From Nitrospirales bacterium (GTDB lineage: Bacteria; Nitrospirota; Nitrospiria; Nitrospirales; UBA8639): DNA of 64,000 nucleotides. Positions 31,940-40,574 of this stretch are shown here, in pieces. The stretch lies in the NCBI GenBank assembly GCA_965203295.1, contig CBDBCZ010000019.1, forward strand, positions 768,001-832,000, given 5' to 3'. The first letter of the stretch is position 1. Each line of letters begins with the position of its first letter. Under the pieces are notes generated by a model. The model saw only the letters and a list, made by a program, of their open reading frames with translations, did no database searches and had not been told where the DNA came from. The position numbers were made by a program, and so were the translations under genes.

Positions 31940-32112
31940 TAGACTCAGTTTTTCCAATTTATATCTAAAGAAGCCTTTTGGTTCAAATGGCCCATGTCGG
32001 TGTAGGGTGTTGGCCTAAATTCCCTTGACTATGGGCCTTTTTCGAGGTTGAGAAAATTCACCAGAGGGCATAGAGTGTGAAAAAGTTTATGTTGGTTTCT
32101 GGAGAATAAAGC

Positions 32113-32727
32113 ATGGAGACTTCGTATCAGGTTTTACCAGGTCCAGAGCATTTTCTTCCCCCCTCAGCTTCAAGTATGGGGATTCGACTTCCGGATCCTG
32201 GACAGGGGCATATTCATGGGAGAATCGTTTCCGAAGAAGAAGCCATGGAAGCTGCCGCTCTGCAATTTCTTTCGGCCAAAGTCCCCACGATTTTTCCCGG
32301 TCCATTGGTCCTATGGGCCTGGAATGAAAAAGCCGCAAAAAAGGCCACGGCTATTCTGCATTTATACGAAACGATTAAAGAATGTGTGACAACCTCTCAA
32401 CAGGCAATGTTAATTCCTATGCCTGACTACCGACCCAAATATCCCAAGATCAATCCTGAAATTGAAATTAATCCCAACCATCCAAACTTGACGATTTGGC
32501 ATAACAAAATCGATGCCTGCATGTTTGTTGGGGTTCATTGTCATCAAGCCAACCTTTCCTTGAAAATTATTCGAGGAGGAACGAGTTGTTACACGATTGC
32601 AATGTGTGCTCAAGCAGGACATGAGGATGCGATGGTGTCTTTTCGTGATGCCACAGCCGAAAAGATTATGACACTTGCCGAGTGGGTCCGAAAGTTGAAA
32701 GGGTCTGTGGAACCGCCAGCCGCATAG
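32113..32727 (+). CDS. forD: Five-subunit 2-oxoacid:ferredoxin oxidoreductase, delta subunit (Hydrogenobacter nomenclature)
   Basis: PTIFPGPLVLW, IPMPDYRPKYPKINPE and NPNHPNLTI. First gene of the D-A-B-G-E order. Confidence 0.75.
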   Translation: METSYQVLPGPEHFLPPSASSMGIRLPDPGQGHIHGRIVSEEEAMEAAALQFLSAKVPTIFPGPLVLWAWNEKAAKKATAILHLYETIKECVTTSQQAMLIPMPDYRPKYPKINPEIEINPNHPNLTIWHNKIDACMFVGVHCHQANLSLKIIRGGTSCYTIAMCAQAGHEDAMVSFRDATAEKIMTLAEWVRKLKGSVEPPAA

Positions 32728-32753
32728 TAATAGTAAATAAGGAGGTTGAATCT

Positions 32754-33962
32754 ATGGCTACTCAATCGGTTGTTGGGAAAAAGAATAAAAAAGATCAAGT
32801 ATACACTGATCCATGGCATTTGATGAACGAGGCTCCTCGCACTCCTTCTTTTTTTACAGGGAGCGAGGTCATTAAAGAAGCTGTCAGGCGTGCAAGCTGT
32901 GATGTGATGATTGCCTACCCCATTACCCCTCAAAGTGAGGCGGCCGCCCTCATTGGCGAACTATTCGCGGAAGGATATATCGGCGACTACTTCCGTGGCG
33001 AAAGTGAATTTGCGGTCATGTCCCAATGTGCAGGTGCTGCATTTGGAGGTGCACGGGTTTTCACCACCACAGCTGGACCGGGAACCATGAGAGCCATGGA
33101 AAATTTTCCCATGTGGGCGGGAGCCCGGCTTCCCATTCAAATGATCGTGACATGCCGTGGGATTAATTCCCCTCTATCCATTCAGCCCGATACCTTGGAA
33201 ATCTCCTATCTCATGCAAACGGGCATGCTGGTTTGGCATGCGGAGACAGCCCAAGACTTTTATGACTGGATTTTGAAGGGATATATGGTTTCCGAAGAAC
33301 CAGACGTCCATCTTCCATTGGCCCTGTGTTGTGATGGATTTTTTGTGACTCATACTAAAGATGTGGTCAACCTCACTCCTGCAGATATGTGCCTCCCTCC
33401 TTATGATCCTTATCGCTCTCCAGTTCCTTGTATGGACATGGAATGCCCGCCGGTTCGAATGATGCGAGATCCCTTCGTGATGAAAAGCAACTATATCAGT
33501 TATGCAACTCACGCCAGTTGGCAGCAAGAAGTTTGGGCAGCTATAGAACGATCTCGAAAACATACGATCGCCTGGCTGGATGGGCTGATCGAGGTCGAGA
33601 ATGGCGATAGGGAAATTCTCATCGTGTCCTCTGGGACGGCAGTTTCTCAAGGCAGGGAAACCATTACCCTGTTAGAAGAGGATGGAATCGATGTTGGGAT
33701 GGTGAAGATAAAAACTCTTCGCCCATGGCCCTATGAGGAAATTCGAGAAGCGACCAAAAACGCCAAACATATTATTGTGCCTGAATTTAATGTGACTGGC
33801 TGGCTTGCCCGTGAAATTAAGGCCACCATTCCCAATAGCGATCGAGTCTATGCTGGGCCGCACGTATGCGGTGGTATGACGATGCCACCAGAAGTGATTG
33901 CTGCAGACATCAAAAGTGCCTTGGGTGTCAAAACGGCTGCCTTGGCAGGACGAGGTGGATGA
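32754..33962 (+). CDS. forA: 2-oxoacid (probably 2-oxoglutarate):ferredoxin oxidoreductase alpha subunit
   Basis: AYPITPQS, ESEF, TTTAGPG and DGFFVTH. AGGAGG RBS. Confidence 0.88.
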   Translation: MATQSVVGKKNKKDQVYTDPWHLMNEAPRTPSFFTGSEVIKEAVRRASCDVMIAYPITPQSEAAALIGELFAEGYIGDYFRGESEFAVMSQCAGAAFGGARVFTTTAGPGTMRAMENFPMWAGARLPIQMIVTCRGINSPLSIQPDTLEISYLMQTGMLVWHAETAQDFYDWILKGYMVSEEPDVHLPLALCCDGFFVTHTKDVVNLTPADMCLPPYDPYRSPVPCMDMECPPVRMMRDPFVMKSNYISYATHASWQQEVWAAIERSRKHTIAWLDGLIEVENGDREILIVSSGTAVSQGRETITLLEEDGIDVGMVKIKTLRPWPYEEIREATKNAKHIIVPEFNVTGWLAREIKATIPNSDRVYAGPHVCGGMTMPPEVIAADIKSALGVKTAALAGRGG

Positions 33963-34030
33963 AAAACGACATTTGAAAATCCTATGAAAGAGAAAATGAT
34001 GATCTGCGATGCAGATAAGAGGAGGAAAGC

Positions 34031-34942
34031 ATGAGTAAAGAGCGAATAAAAATTGCCCCAGAAATGTTTGATATTATGCCCGTAGAATATCAAGATTTAG
34101 TGAACCGGGCCACATACGGAAATGAAACGAGAGGCTGGAAAGATATCGGAACCTCTAAGGAGTTGATTGAGGAGCATTCGCTTTGTGCCGGATGTCCTGA
34201 ATCGATGGCTTTCCGATATATCTTGGCGTCTCTCCCTAACGCAGAAGATACCGTGATGGTTGGATCGACAGGATGTACCAGCTTAGTCTTCCCACACGTA
34301 GCAGTCCATAACATTCACTCCCTATTTGGCAATCAGAATGCTATCGCTTCTGGGTTGAAGCGTGCGCTGAGTGTTCGGTTCCCAGACCGCGTAAAAGACG
34401 TTGTGGTGCTCGCTGGTGATGGGGCGACAGTCGATATCGGTTTGGACATGACTCTTCAGGCCTGGTTCCGACAGGAGAAATTCACCACGATTTGTTTTGA
34501 TAATGAGCTCTATGCCAATACAGGGGGGCAGGAAAGCGGGTTGATGCAAAAAGGTTTTGTGGCGAAGATGGCTCCTGTAGGAAAAACATTTGAAAAGGTG
34601 CGGCTCCCAGAAATTGCGAGGGAGTCAGGATGCCACTATGTCATCAATTGTACAGTGAGCAAACCTAATCTTGTAGAAAAGGTTATCAAAAACGCGATTC
34701 ACGTGGCTCGTGAAATCGGTCCGACCTATCTGCAGATATACACGCCCTGTATTCTCGAAATAGGGAAAAATAGCATGGAAGGTCTGCAGGAAATGCGCGA
34801 TTCCGAAAAACCCACGGAGCGGTTTGCGTATAAGGAATATATCAGTGAGCCAGCCAAAGAATTGCTGGCGGAAATGGCGGCAAAAGAAAAAGAAAGAAAA
34901 GCTGCCGCGAAACAAAAGCAACTAGCGGAGAAGGGTGCCTGA
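34031..34942 (+). CDS. forB: 2-oxoacid:ferredoxin oxidoreductase beta subunit (TPP-binding)
   Basis: LCAGC, STGC, GDG..DIG, DNELYANTGGQ and YTPC. Confidence 0.88.
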   Translation: MSKERIKIAPEMFDIMPVEYQDLVNRATYGNETRGWKDIGTSKELIEEHSLCAGCPESMAFRYILASLPNAEDTVMVGSTGCTSLVFPHVAVHNIHSLFGNQNAIASGLKRALSVRFPDRVKDVVVLAGDGATVDIGLDMTLQAWFRQEKFTTICFDNELYANTGGQESGLMQKGFVAKMAPVGKTFEKVRLPEIARESGCHYVINCTVSKPNLVEKVIKNAIHVAREIGPTYLQIYTPCILEIGKNSMEGLQEMRDSEKPTERFAYKEYISEPAKELLAEMAAKEKERKAAAKQKQLAEKGA

Positions 34943-34978
34943 AAATAATCTGAACCTGAAGAAACCAAGAGGGTCGTT

Positions 34979-35674
34979 ATGATTAAGAAACGAATTAACA
35001 TCAGAATGTCTGGTCTTGGAGGGCAAGGTGCCGTGACAGCAGCTCATGTGATGGCGATGGCAGCCTCAAAAGATGGAAAATACGCGATTTCCAATCCCTT
35101 CTTCGGCGCGGAAAAACGAATGGCTCCTGCCGAAAGCTATTGTCGAATTGGGATTAATCGAATCTATGATCGTGGAGAGTTAGTATTCCCTGATGTCATT
35201 GAAGTGTTTCATCCCCAGGTCATTACCATGGGAAAGAGTTACACCATGCCGTTTTACTCAGGGATAAAAGAAGGCGGTGTGGTGATAATCAATTCCGATG
35301 TTCCATTGTTATCGAATGAAGACGTTGATCGGCTGAAAGATCTGAATGTGGCTGTATTTTATATCGCCGGAACCCATATCGCTTTAGAGGTTGCCGGAAC
35401 TGAACTTTCGACCAATATGACCATGATTGGATCCGTGTCGGGTATTACCAAATGTGTCTCAATGAATGCTCTAGATCTGGCTTTACAAGAACGGTTTGGG
35501 AAAAAGTTCGTGGCCTCTGGAGGAACAGCTACGCTTGATGAAGCGATTAAGAAAAAATTTGCCAAGAAGGAAATGCTCTTAAAGAAGAATCTAGAAACCG
35601 TGGTTCGCGCTTACGAGATTGCCGCTGAGTGGGCTGAGAAAAATAATGTGGAATTGTGTGTAACCGCTGCATAG
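34979..35674 (+). CDS. forG: 2-oxoacid:ferredoxin oxidoreductase gamma subunit
   Basis: IRMSGLGGQGAVT and PFFGAEKRMAP. Confidence 0.88.
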   Translation: MIKKRINIRMSGLGGQGAVTAAHVMAMAASKDGKYAISNPFFGAEKRMAPAESYCRIGINRIYDRGELVFPDVIEVFHPQVITMGKSYTMPFYSGIKEGGVVIINSDVPLLSNEDVDRLKDLNVAVFYIAGTHIALEVAGTELSTNMTMIGSVSGITKCVSMNALDLALQERFGKKFVASGGTATLDEAIKKKFAKKEMLLKKNLETVVRAYEIAAEWAEKNNVELCVTAA

Positions 35675-35694
35675 CCAAAAGAGGATAGAGATTT

Positions 35695-35973
35695 ATGTAT
35701 AATGTTGCGCAAGTCACTGACGAGAAATGTGTAGCCAAGAAGGGTTGCCGTCTGTGCATTATGTACTGCCCAGAAGCCAACTGTTTGGATTTAAACACAG
35801 ATAAAATGGTGGCAGAAGTTTTTATCAACCGTTGCAAAGGGTGTGAGTTGTGTATGGTCGTCTGTGATGCAGCCAAGCATAATGCCATCACCATGGTTGC
35901 GGTCAGCGCTGATGGGACCCTCATGGAAAAGGCGGGTGAAGCAGCGGAATTAGGTCAAGCCTATCAAGGTTAA
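35695..35973 (+). CDS. forE: Ferredoxin-like epsilon subunit of the oxidoreductase
   Basis: CVAKKGCRLCIMYCP and CKGCELCMVVC. Confidence 0.8.
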   Translation: MYNVAQVTDEKCVAKKGCRLCIMYCPEANCLDLNTDKMVAEVFINRCKGCELCMVVCDAAKHNAITMVAVSADGTLMEKAGEAAELGQAYQG

Positions 35974-35994
35974 AGACAAGCTTTTTTATCAGAT

Positions 35995-36037
35995 AGCCCT
36001 GCGACATACTTGGTAACATGTCGTAGGGCTTTTTTTT
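35995..36037 (+). terminator. Intrinsic terminator of the for operon
   Basis: AGCCCTGCGACAT...ATGTCGTAGGGCT followed by a long T run. Confidence 0.85.
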
Positions 36038-36079
36038 GGGACTTAAAGTTACGCTCTCTCATATAAACAGGATAAATCT

Positions 36080-36343
36080 ATGGATGACGATCTTCGAATC
36101 ATAATGGGTAATGTTTCAAGTAGTATGACTCAATTTCATGAAGCGTTGGAGCAGCGTGCAGGTGAACTTGAGTCGAAAGGTGATGATCCTGAACTGGTGG
36201 CCAAATTAAAGAAGGGTGCTGATGCGATGAAAGATAGTGGCAATATTTATATGTCCTGGGCACGTCATTTTGTGGCACTTTCTGAAAGGGAAGCATCAGA
36301 AGCCGATGAGGGGGAGGAGGATTCAGCAGATTTTCAATTTTAA
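36080..36343 (+). CDS. Hypothetical acidic helical protein
   Basis: 87-aa ORF with AGGA RBS. Confidence 0.6.
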   Translation: MDDDLRIIMGNVSSSMTQFHEALEQRAGELESKGDDPELVAKLKKGADAMKDSGNIYMSWARHFVALSEREASEADEGEEDSADFQF

Positions 36344-36455
36344 TCAAGATTCATTTGACGAAAAGGTTTGTCTCAAAATCTGTTGATCATTCTCCAAATT
36401 ATGTTATGATTCGGCACCTAACCTGAGCGTTTGTCATGACTTGACAAGAGAATGT

Positions 36456-36853
36456 TCCCCGGTAGCTCAGTTGGTAGAGCGGTCGGCTGTAAGAAGACGT
36501 GATCCGATGGAGGAGCAAAGGCATGTTGACTGCTTGGCCCATCCCATAGGTTCACGGAGCGTTGCAGCTTCCACAGGAGACTGTGGTTGAAAAATCGGGT
36601 GAATTCAGGGAATCCTGCCCCTCATTTCTTAAGAATGAGGAATGGGAATCCTGAGCGAAGCCTGCCGAAGGGCCAAGCGTAGGCAGGAACGTGCAGAGAC
36701 TAGAGGTTGAGGAGCCCAACCCAATAACGCCTCACCAGCGCCCGACACCCTCTCCTGGTTTCCAGGCGGGTGATGAGATAGTCCGAGACCAGTAGAAATG
36801 CTGGAGTACTCGTAACCGATTGGTCGCAAGTTCGAGTCTTGCCCGGGGAGCCA
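36456..36853 (+). tRNA. tRNA-Asn(GUU), interrupted by an intron (exons 36456-36490 and 36813-36853)
   Basis: Joined exons give a 76-nt cloverleaf: TCCCCGG/CCGGGGA acceptor, GCTC/GAGC D stem, GTCGG-CTGT^TAA-CCGAT anticodon arm, GCAAG-TTCGAGT-CTTGC T arm, discriminator G and encoded CCA. Confidence 0.95.
36491..36812 (+). ncRNA. Group I self-splicing intron (322 nt, no ORF) at tRNA position 35/36
   Basis: 5' exon ends in U and the intron ends in G. P1 GGCTGTAA/TTGCAGCT with U.G at the splice site. P2 CCACAG-GAGA-CTGTGG. P3 TCGGGTG/CGCCCGA. P4 TTCAGG/CCTGAG. P7 GACTA(36698)/TAGTC(36779). P9 CCAGTA-GAAA-TGCTGG. Confidence 0.93.
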
Positions 36854-36864
36854 ATTTCTAGATG

Positions 36865-36898
36865 AAAGCCCTTTGGCCAGAAGGTCAAAGGGCTTTTT
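36865..36898 (+). terminator. Terminator downstream of tRNA-Asn
   Basis: AAAGCCCTTTGGCC-agaa-GGTCAAAGGGCTTTTT. Confidence 0.85.
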
Positions 36899-37012
36899 AT
36901 CTTTAAGACGAGGGTTTCTCCTATTCGAGAAGCAGTTCGATTCAATCATTCTTAAGATTCGAATCCATCCTGAAAATAGATTGGCTGGGAGATTAGGGTT
37001 TACGTAAATTCC

Positions 37013-37858
37013 TTAATAGCGTCGCAATGTGGGAAGCGGTATCCCCCATAGTTTCATTCGCACGACACCCCACATATTCTCCAAAAGCGTATTCAGTTCG
37101 AGTGAAGAGCGCGACGCGACTTTTACCGTGAGTCCTGGAACTGCGGGTTCTGATACTCCTCCTAAGACGTCGCTCGAGTTTCTGCCTAGCACTTCAGCTA
37201 ATTCTTCTTTGATTTGTCCCCAGGTTGTGGAAGAGGTTTTATCGCTTACGATATACAGGGATCCGACGTAGTTCCATTCCTGGCTAAGGGTCAGGCAATG
37301 TTTGTCTTGGGTTGGGACAAGGATATACCGCTCTTGAAGCGATTTTCCATCTGATAAGGTGATCTTGATTCGGTTGCTGAAATGAGAAAAGACCCACCGT
37401 TCTCCTCTGGTAATTCGTCCAGCCGCAAAGGCATCCCAGAGGATGAGGGAAGCTCCTGCATCCAGCCGCACGGTCATCGTTTGATCGAATCGCGATCCTG
37501 CAAAGGGAATAGTCAGTTCAGGCACCCATTCTAGAATGGCATTCGAACCGACGTTGATATTGATTGATTGGGCGGCGGGTCTCTCGATGGTTCGATAGAC
37601 CTTAGTGGCTGAAGGAGTTGTCAAAAGAACGTGTGTGCCTTCTCTCAGCCTTGCTGAAAGAGAAAGATGATCTCCACCGACAAATCCTCCTGATGGATTG
37701 GTGAGGAATGTGGTGGCACAACCTGTGTCGTCAAGATAAAGCGGAGGAAAAGAATACCAGGGGTAAGAGAATCGTGAATGGGTGAGGACGGTTGTGTGAT
37801 CTCGCTGTGAATATTCGAGGGCTAGTGCACCCCGTTTCCAACGCTTGTGAATGGCCAT
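37013..37858 (-). CDS. ureD: Urease accessory protein UreD
   Basis: NPSGGFVGGD, TTPSATKVY, LEWVPE and GRITRGERW. Confidence 0.93.
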   Translation of the reverse strand: MAIHKRWKRGALALEYSQRDHTTVLTHSRFSYPWYSFPPLYLDDTGCATTFLTNPSGGFVGGDHLSLSARLREGTHVLLTTPSATKVYRTIERPAAQSININVGSNAILEWVPELTIPFAGSRFDQTMTVRLDAGASLILWDAFAAGRITRGERWVFSHFSNRIKITLSDGKSLQERYILVPTQDKHCLTLSQEWNYVGSLYIVSDKTSSTTWGQIKEELAEVLGRNSSDVLGGVSEPAVPGLTVKVASRSSLELNTLLENMWGVVRMKLWGIPLPTLRRY

Positions 37859-37936
37859 GGTATTGGAGAATTGATATTGCCGGAATACCCGACCTTACTT
37901 TCGAGAATCGCGAGCTGAATGTTGGCTATCAAGGGG

Positions 37937-38605
37937 TCAAGTCTTGGTGCGTGGATGAATACGTTGTTTGACCCATTGGGCCACAACGTCGAGTCCTTCC
38001 CCGGAAAGCAAGTTGGTGAAGACAAATGGGGCATTTCCTCTCATGCGTCGGCTATCGCGATCCATAATTGAAAGATCTGCACCGACATGAGGGGCTAAGT
38101 CGATTTTATTGATCACTAAAAGCCCTGATCGGGTTATAGCGGGTCCACCCTTCCGCGGGATTTTATCACCTGCGGCGACATCGATAACATAGATGACCTC
38201 ATCAACTAATTCGGGGCTGAAGGTCGCAGCCAGGTTGTCTCCACCGCTTTCCAGAAGGATTAACTCAAGATCAGGTATGCGTTTGATCAGTTCTTCAATG
38301 GCTTCGAGGTTATGCGAGGCATCTTCTCGAATTGCGGTATGAGGACATCCTCCAGTCTCTACTCCCAGAATTCGCTCAGATGGGAGAACCCCGCGACGAG
38401 TCAGAAACTCGGCATCTTCCTTGGTAAAGATATCATTCGTCACGACTGCGAGTTGATAGTGAGCTTGAAGTGTCCGCGACAGGGCCTCAACGAGTGCCGT
38501 TTTACCTGATCCTACGGGTCCTCCTACCCCAATAATCGTGATATTGGGGTCTTTCGCTCGTGTGAGCGACTGACCACCTCCAAGCATGTGTGCGACATCA
38601 TGCAT
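37937..38605 (-). CDS. ureG: Urease accessory GTPase UreG
   Basis: [23 protein letters not shown] and NKID. Confidence 0.97.
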   Translation of the reverse strand: MHDVAHMLGGGQSLTRAKDPNITIIGVGGPVGSGKTALVEALSRTLQAHYQLAVVTNDIFTKEDAEFLTRRGVLPSERILGVETGGCPHTAIREDASHNLEAIEELIKRIPDLELILLESGGDNLAATFSPELVDEVIYVIDVAAGDKIPRKGGPAITRSGLLVINKIDLAPHVGADLSIMDRDSRRMRGNAPFVFTNLLSGEGLDVVAQWVKQRIHPRTKT

Positions 38606-38610
38606 AAATG

Positions 38611-39297
38611 TTACGATCGGAACATCCGTGTGGTTAAACGAGTGTGTCGCATTTCATAGATATCTTGGATCGGTGCCCAAGAGAGCATTTCCGTCTTGGT
38701 CTCGGCTGAATGGCTTACTTGATCGATTAATGGAATGAGTCTCTCGAGTACATGCTGGCCTTCGCGCTGTCCAATCGAAAACAGTTTGAGCGAAGCTGAA
38801 ATAAGGCCGACGGCACTCTGATACAGATAGGCTGCAATGGCATCCCGTTTCTTCCACCCAAACACTCCAAGCACAAGTCCAAGACTGACGGCCATGTGTC
38901 CAGGTGATTGATCGGATTCCACATGTGCGAGAAACTGACGAAGCAGTGTTGGACTCTGTGTTCCTCCAGCAGCGATCCGGAGTATGTGTCTGCCCATTTG
39001 TCGACTCGCAAGACGTGATTCACGACAGGTTTTCATGGCTTCAAGTTGCTCGTCAACATTTTGAGCAGTTTGTAGTGTCTGATCAATAACCGCGCTATGG
39101 GCTAACCCGACTGCAACGGCTTCTCGACTTCCCATTCCCGACTTGAGTAAATCAGCTATGTAGTCTCTGAGATTTTCCGAGTTGTGGATTGTCTTTGCCT
39201 GTACTGCTGCCTCTAACCCGAATGAGAAGGCATATCCACCAGACGGAAAAAAATTATCGATAAAGCGAAATCCATGCAGTAGTGAGGCAGTATTCAT
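38611..39297 (-). CDS. ureF: Urease accessory protein UreF
   Basis: [16 protein letters not shown] and C-terminal RMFRS. Confidence 0.93.
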   Translation of the reverse strand: MNTASLLHGFRFIDNFFPSGGYAFSFGLEAAVQAKTIHNSENLRDYIADLLKSGMGSREAVAVGLAHSAVIDQTLQTAQNVDEQLEAMKTCRESRLASRQMGRHILRIAAGGTQSPTLLRQFLAHVESDQSPGHMAVSLGLVLGVFGWKKRDAIAAYLYQSAVGLISASLKLFSIGQREGQHVLERLIPLIDQVSHSAETKTEMLSWAPIQDIYEMRHTRLTTRMFRS

Positions 39298-39409
39298 ACG
39301 ATGATCTATAGATCCTCCTGCCCACCAGTTGGAGCCTCAAACAATGGGATATTCCAGCTCGTTGAGTGTTGCAAAATGAAGAGTCTGTGTAGGCAAAGAG
39401 AAACGATCT

Positions 39410-39691
39410 CTATTCAAGATGAACTTTTTGATGCCCCTGCTTTCGTAGAGTATTCGTGAGGAGTAATTTAGCACTGATGAATGCGACTTGTCCGGCAATA
39501 GCTTTGATGGCCGTAAGGTAGTGTTGAACGTCCTCGACTGTTGTTGCCGTGTTCGACCCGTCTGGTGAGAACTTGAGCCCGGTCAACCGTTCCAGCTGAG
39601 GAATTTTGGCTTTGTAGAGAATCACAGCATGCCGAGCATGGGCTTTTACCGCATCTGCATAAAAATTATCCATGGCCTTAACCTTTATCAC
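39410..39691 (-). CDS. Small hypothetical protein coupled to the ODP-like gene
   Basis: The GTG start overlaps the upstream TGA (GTGA). Alternative ATG at 39673. Helical, about 90 aa. Confidence 0.6.
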   Translation of the reverse strand: MIKVKAMDNFYADAVKAHARHAVILYKAKIPQLERLTGLKFSPDGSNTATTVEDVQHYLTAIKAIAGQVAFISAKLLLTNTLRKQGHQKVHLE

Positions 39692-40482
39692 TCATCTGCA
39701 TAAAGGTAATCAACTCCCACTGGAAGATGCCCTATCCAATCGATATATCGCTCGGCCTCTTCCCCTCGAAGAATGGCTCCATGTTGGGGCAAGATGGCTT
39801 TAATCTCTAAACCTTTCAGCTTTTTAAGAAACCCATTCACGGCCCTGTTCGAGCTCATATATCGTTGATGGAATCCTTTCATGGCTAGTAGATGTGCATC
39901 CCAATTATCGATAACCAGACGTGGCTTGGAGTCTCTATACAGCGAAGCGGCGATATCTCCTGTGAATAAAAAACCACTGGCTGAATCATAGACAACCATG
40001 CTTCCTGGTGAGTGCAGAAAGGGTGCGGATAAACACTGTATCTCTCCCTCTTGCTGGAGGTCGATGATGAGTCCATCATCGCGCATCGGCATGTAATTTA
40101 CGTTGTAGGCCATATAATGAGGTAAAAATCTAACCCAGAGGTGTGAGACGACCACGTTAAGGTTGGGGTTGAATTCCAGCCATGAAGGAAGTGAGGCGCA
40201 GACATCTGGATCCTGGTGGCTAAAGAAAAGATGCGTGATGGCTTCTGCCGAAGAGACTTGGTTGACCTTATCAAGAATTGGCAAAAAGCGGTCGTATCCT
40301 CCAGGTTCGAGCAGAAAACCTTCTCCACCATTCACAATGAGGTAAGAGTTGCACTCGATTTCCTCTCCCCCCGTATAGATGCCCACCCAGTAAATCTGGT
40401 GGTGGATGTCATCGTATAGCTTAATAGGCTGCGTATAGCCTGTCTCTCCGTTCGTCAAATTCATGAGCATTGTGTCACTCAT
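39688..40482 (-). CDS. Stand-alone MBL-fold di-iron protein, ODP (oxygen-binding di-iron protein)-like
   Basis: NSYLI, SHQDPDV, LWVRFLPH, APFLHSPG, FTGDI, FHQRYM and PQHG. No flavodoxin domain. Start at ATG 40482 after GAGGAGAGG. Confidence 0.8.
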   Translation of the reverse strand: MSDTMLMNLTNGETGYTQPIKLYDDIHHQIYWVGIYTGGEEIECNSYLIVNGGEGFLLEPGGYDRFLPILDKVNQVSSAEAITHLFFSHQDPDVCASLPSWLEFNPNLNVVVSHLWVRFLPHYMAYNVNYMPMRDDGLIIDLQQEGEIQCLSAPFLHSPGSMVVYDSASGFLFTGDIAASLYRDSKPRLVIDNWDAHLLAMKGFHQRYMSSNRAVNGFLKKLKGLEIKAILPQHGAILRGEEAERYIDWIGHLPVGVDYLYADE

Positions 40483-40574
40483 TACATCACCTCTCCTCTT
40501 TGCTATGAAGTCTATCTTCGGGTTTATATATAGAAAGAAACTAAATAGTATGATTCGTTTGAGAAACGGTTCAC

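Noticed and set aside
36456..36500. Reading the tRNA as tRNA-Tyr(GUA) or Thr(UGU) from the unspliced CTGTAAG
   Set aside because: The anticodon stem closes only with CCGAT at 36816-36820, giving a GUU anticodon, and there is no long variable arm.
36629..36949. 106-aa and 81-aa minus-strand ORFs over the tRNA/intron
   Set aside because: Mostly antisense to the tRNA exon and intron core, with no LAGLIDADG, HNH or GIY-YIG motif, so not a homing endonuclease. Only the part outside the tRNA is kept as a possible recombinase scar.
39298..39409. Possible ureE remnant before ureF
   Set aside because: Only a vague PLFEAPTGG similarity in one frame, which is not supportable.
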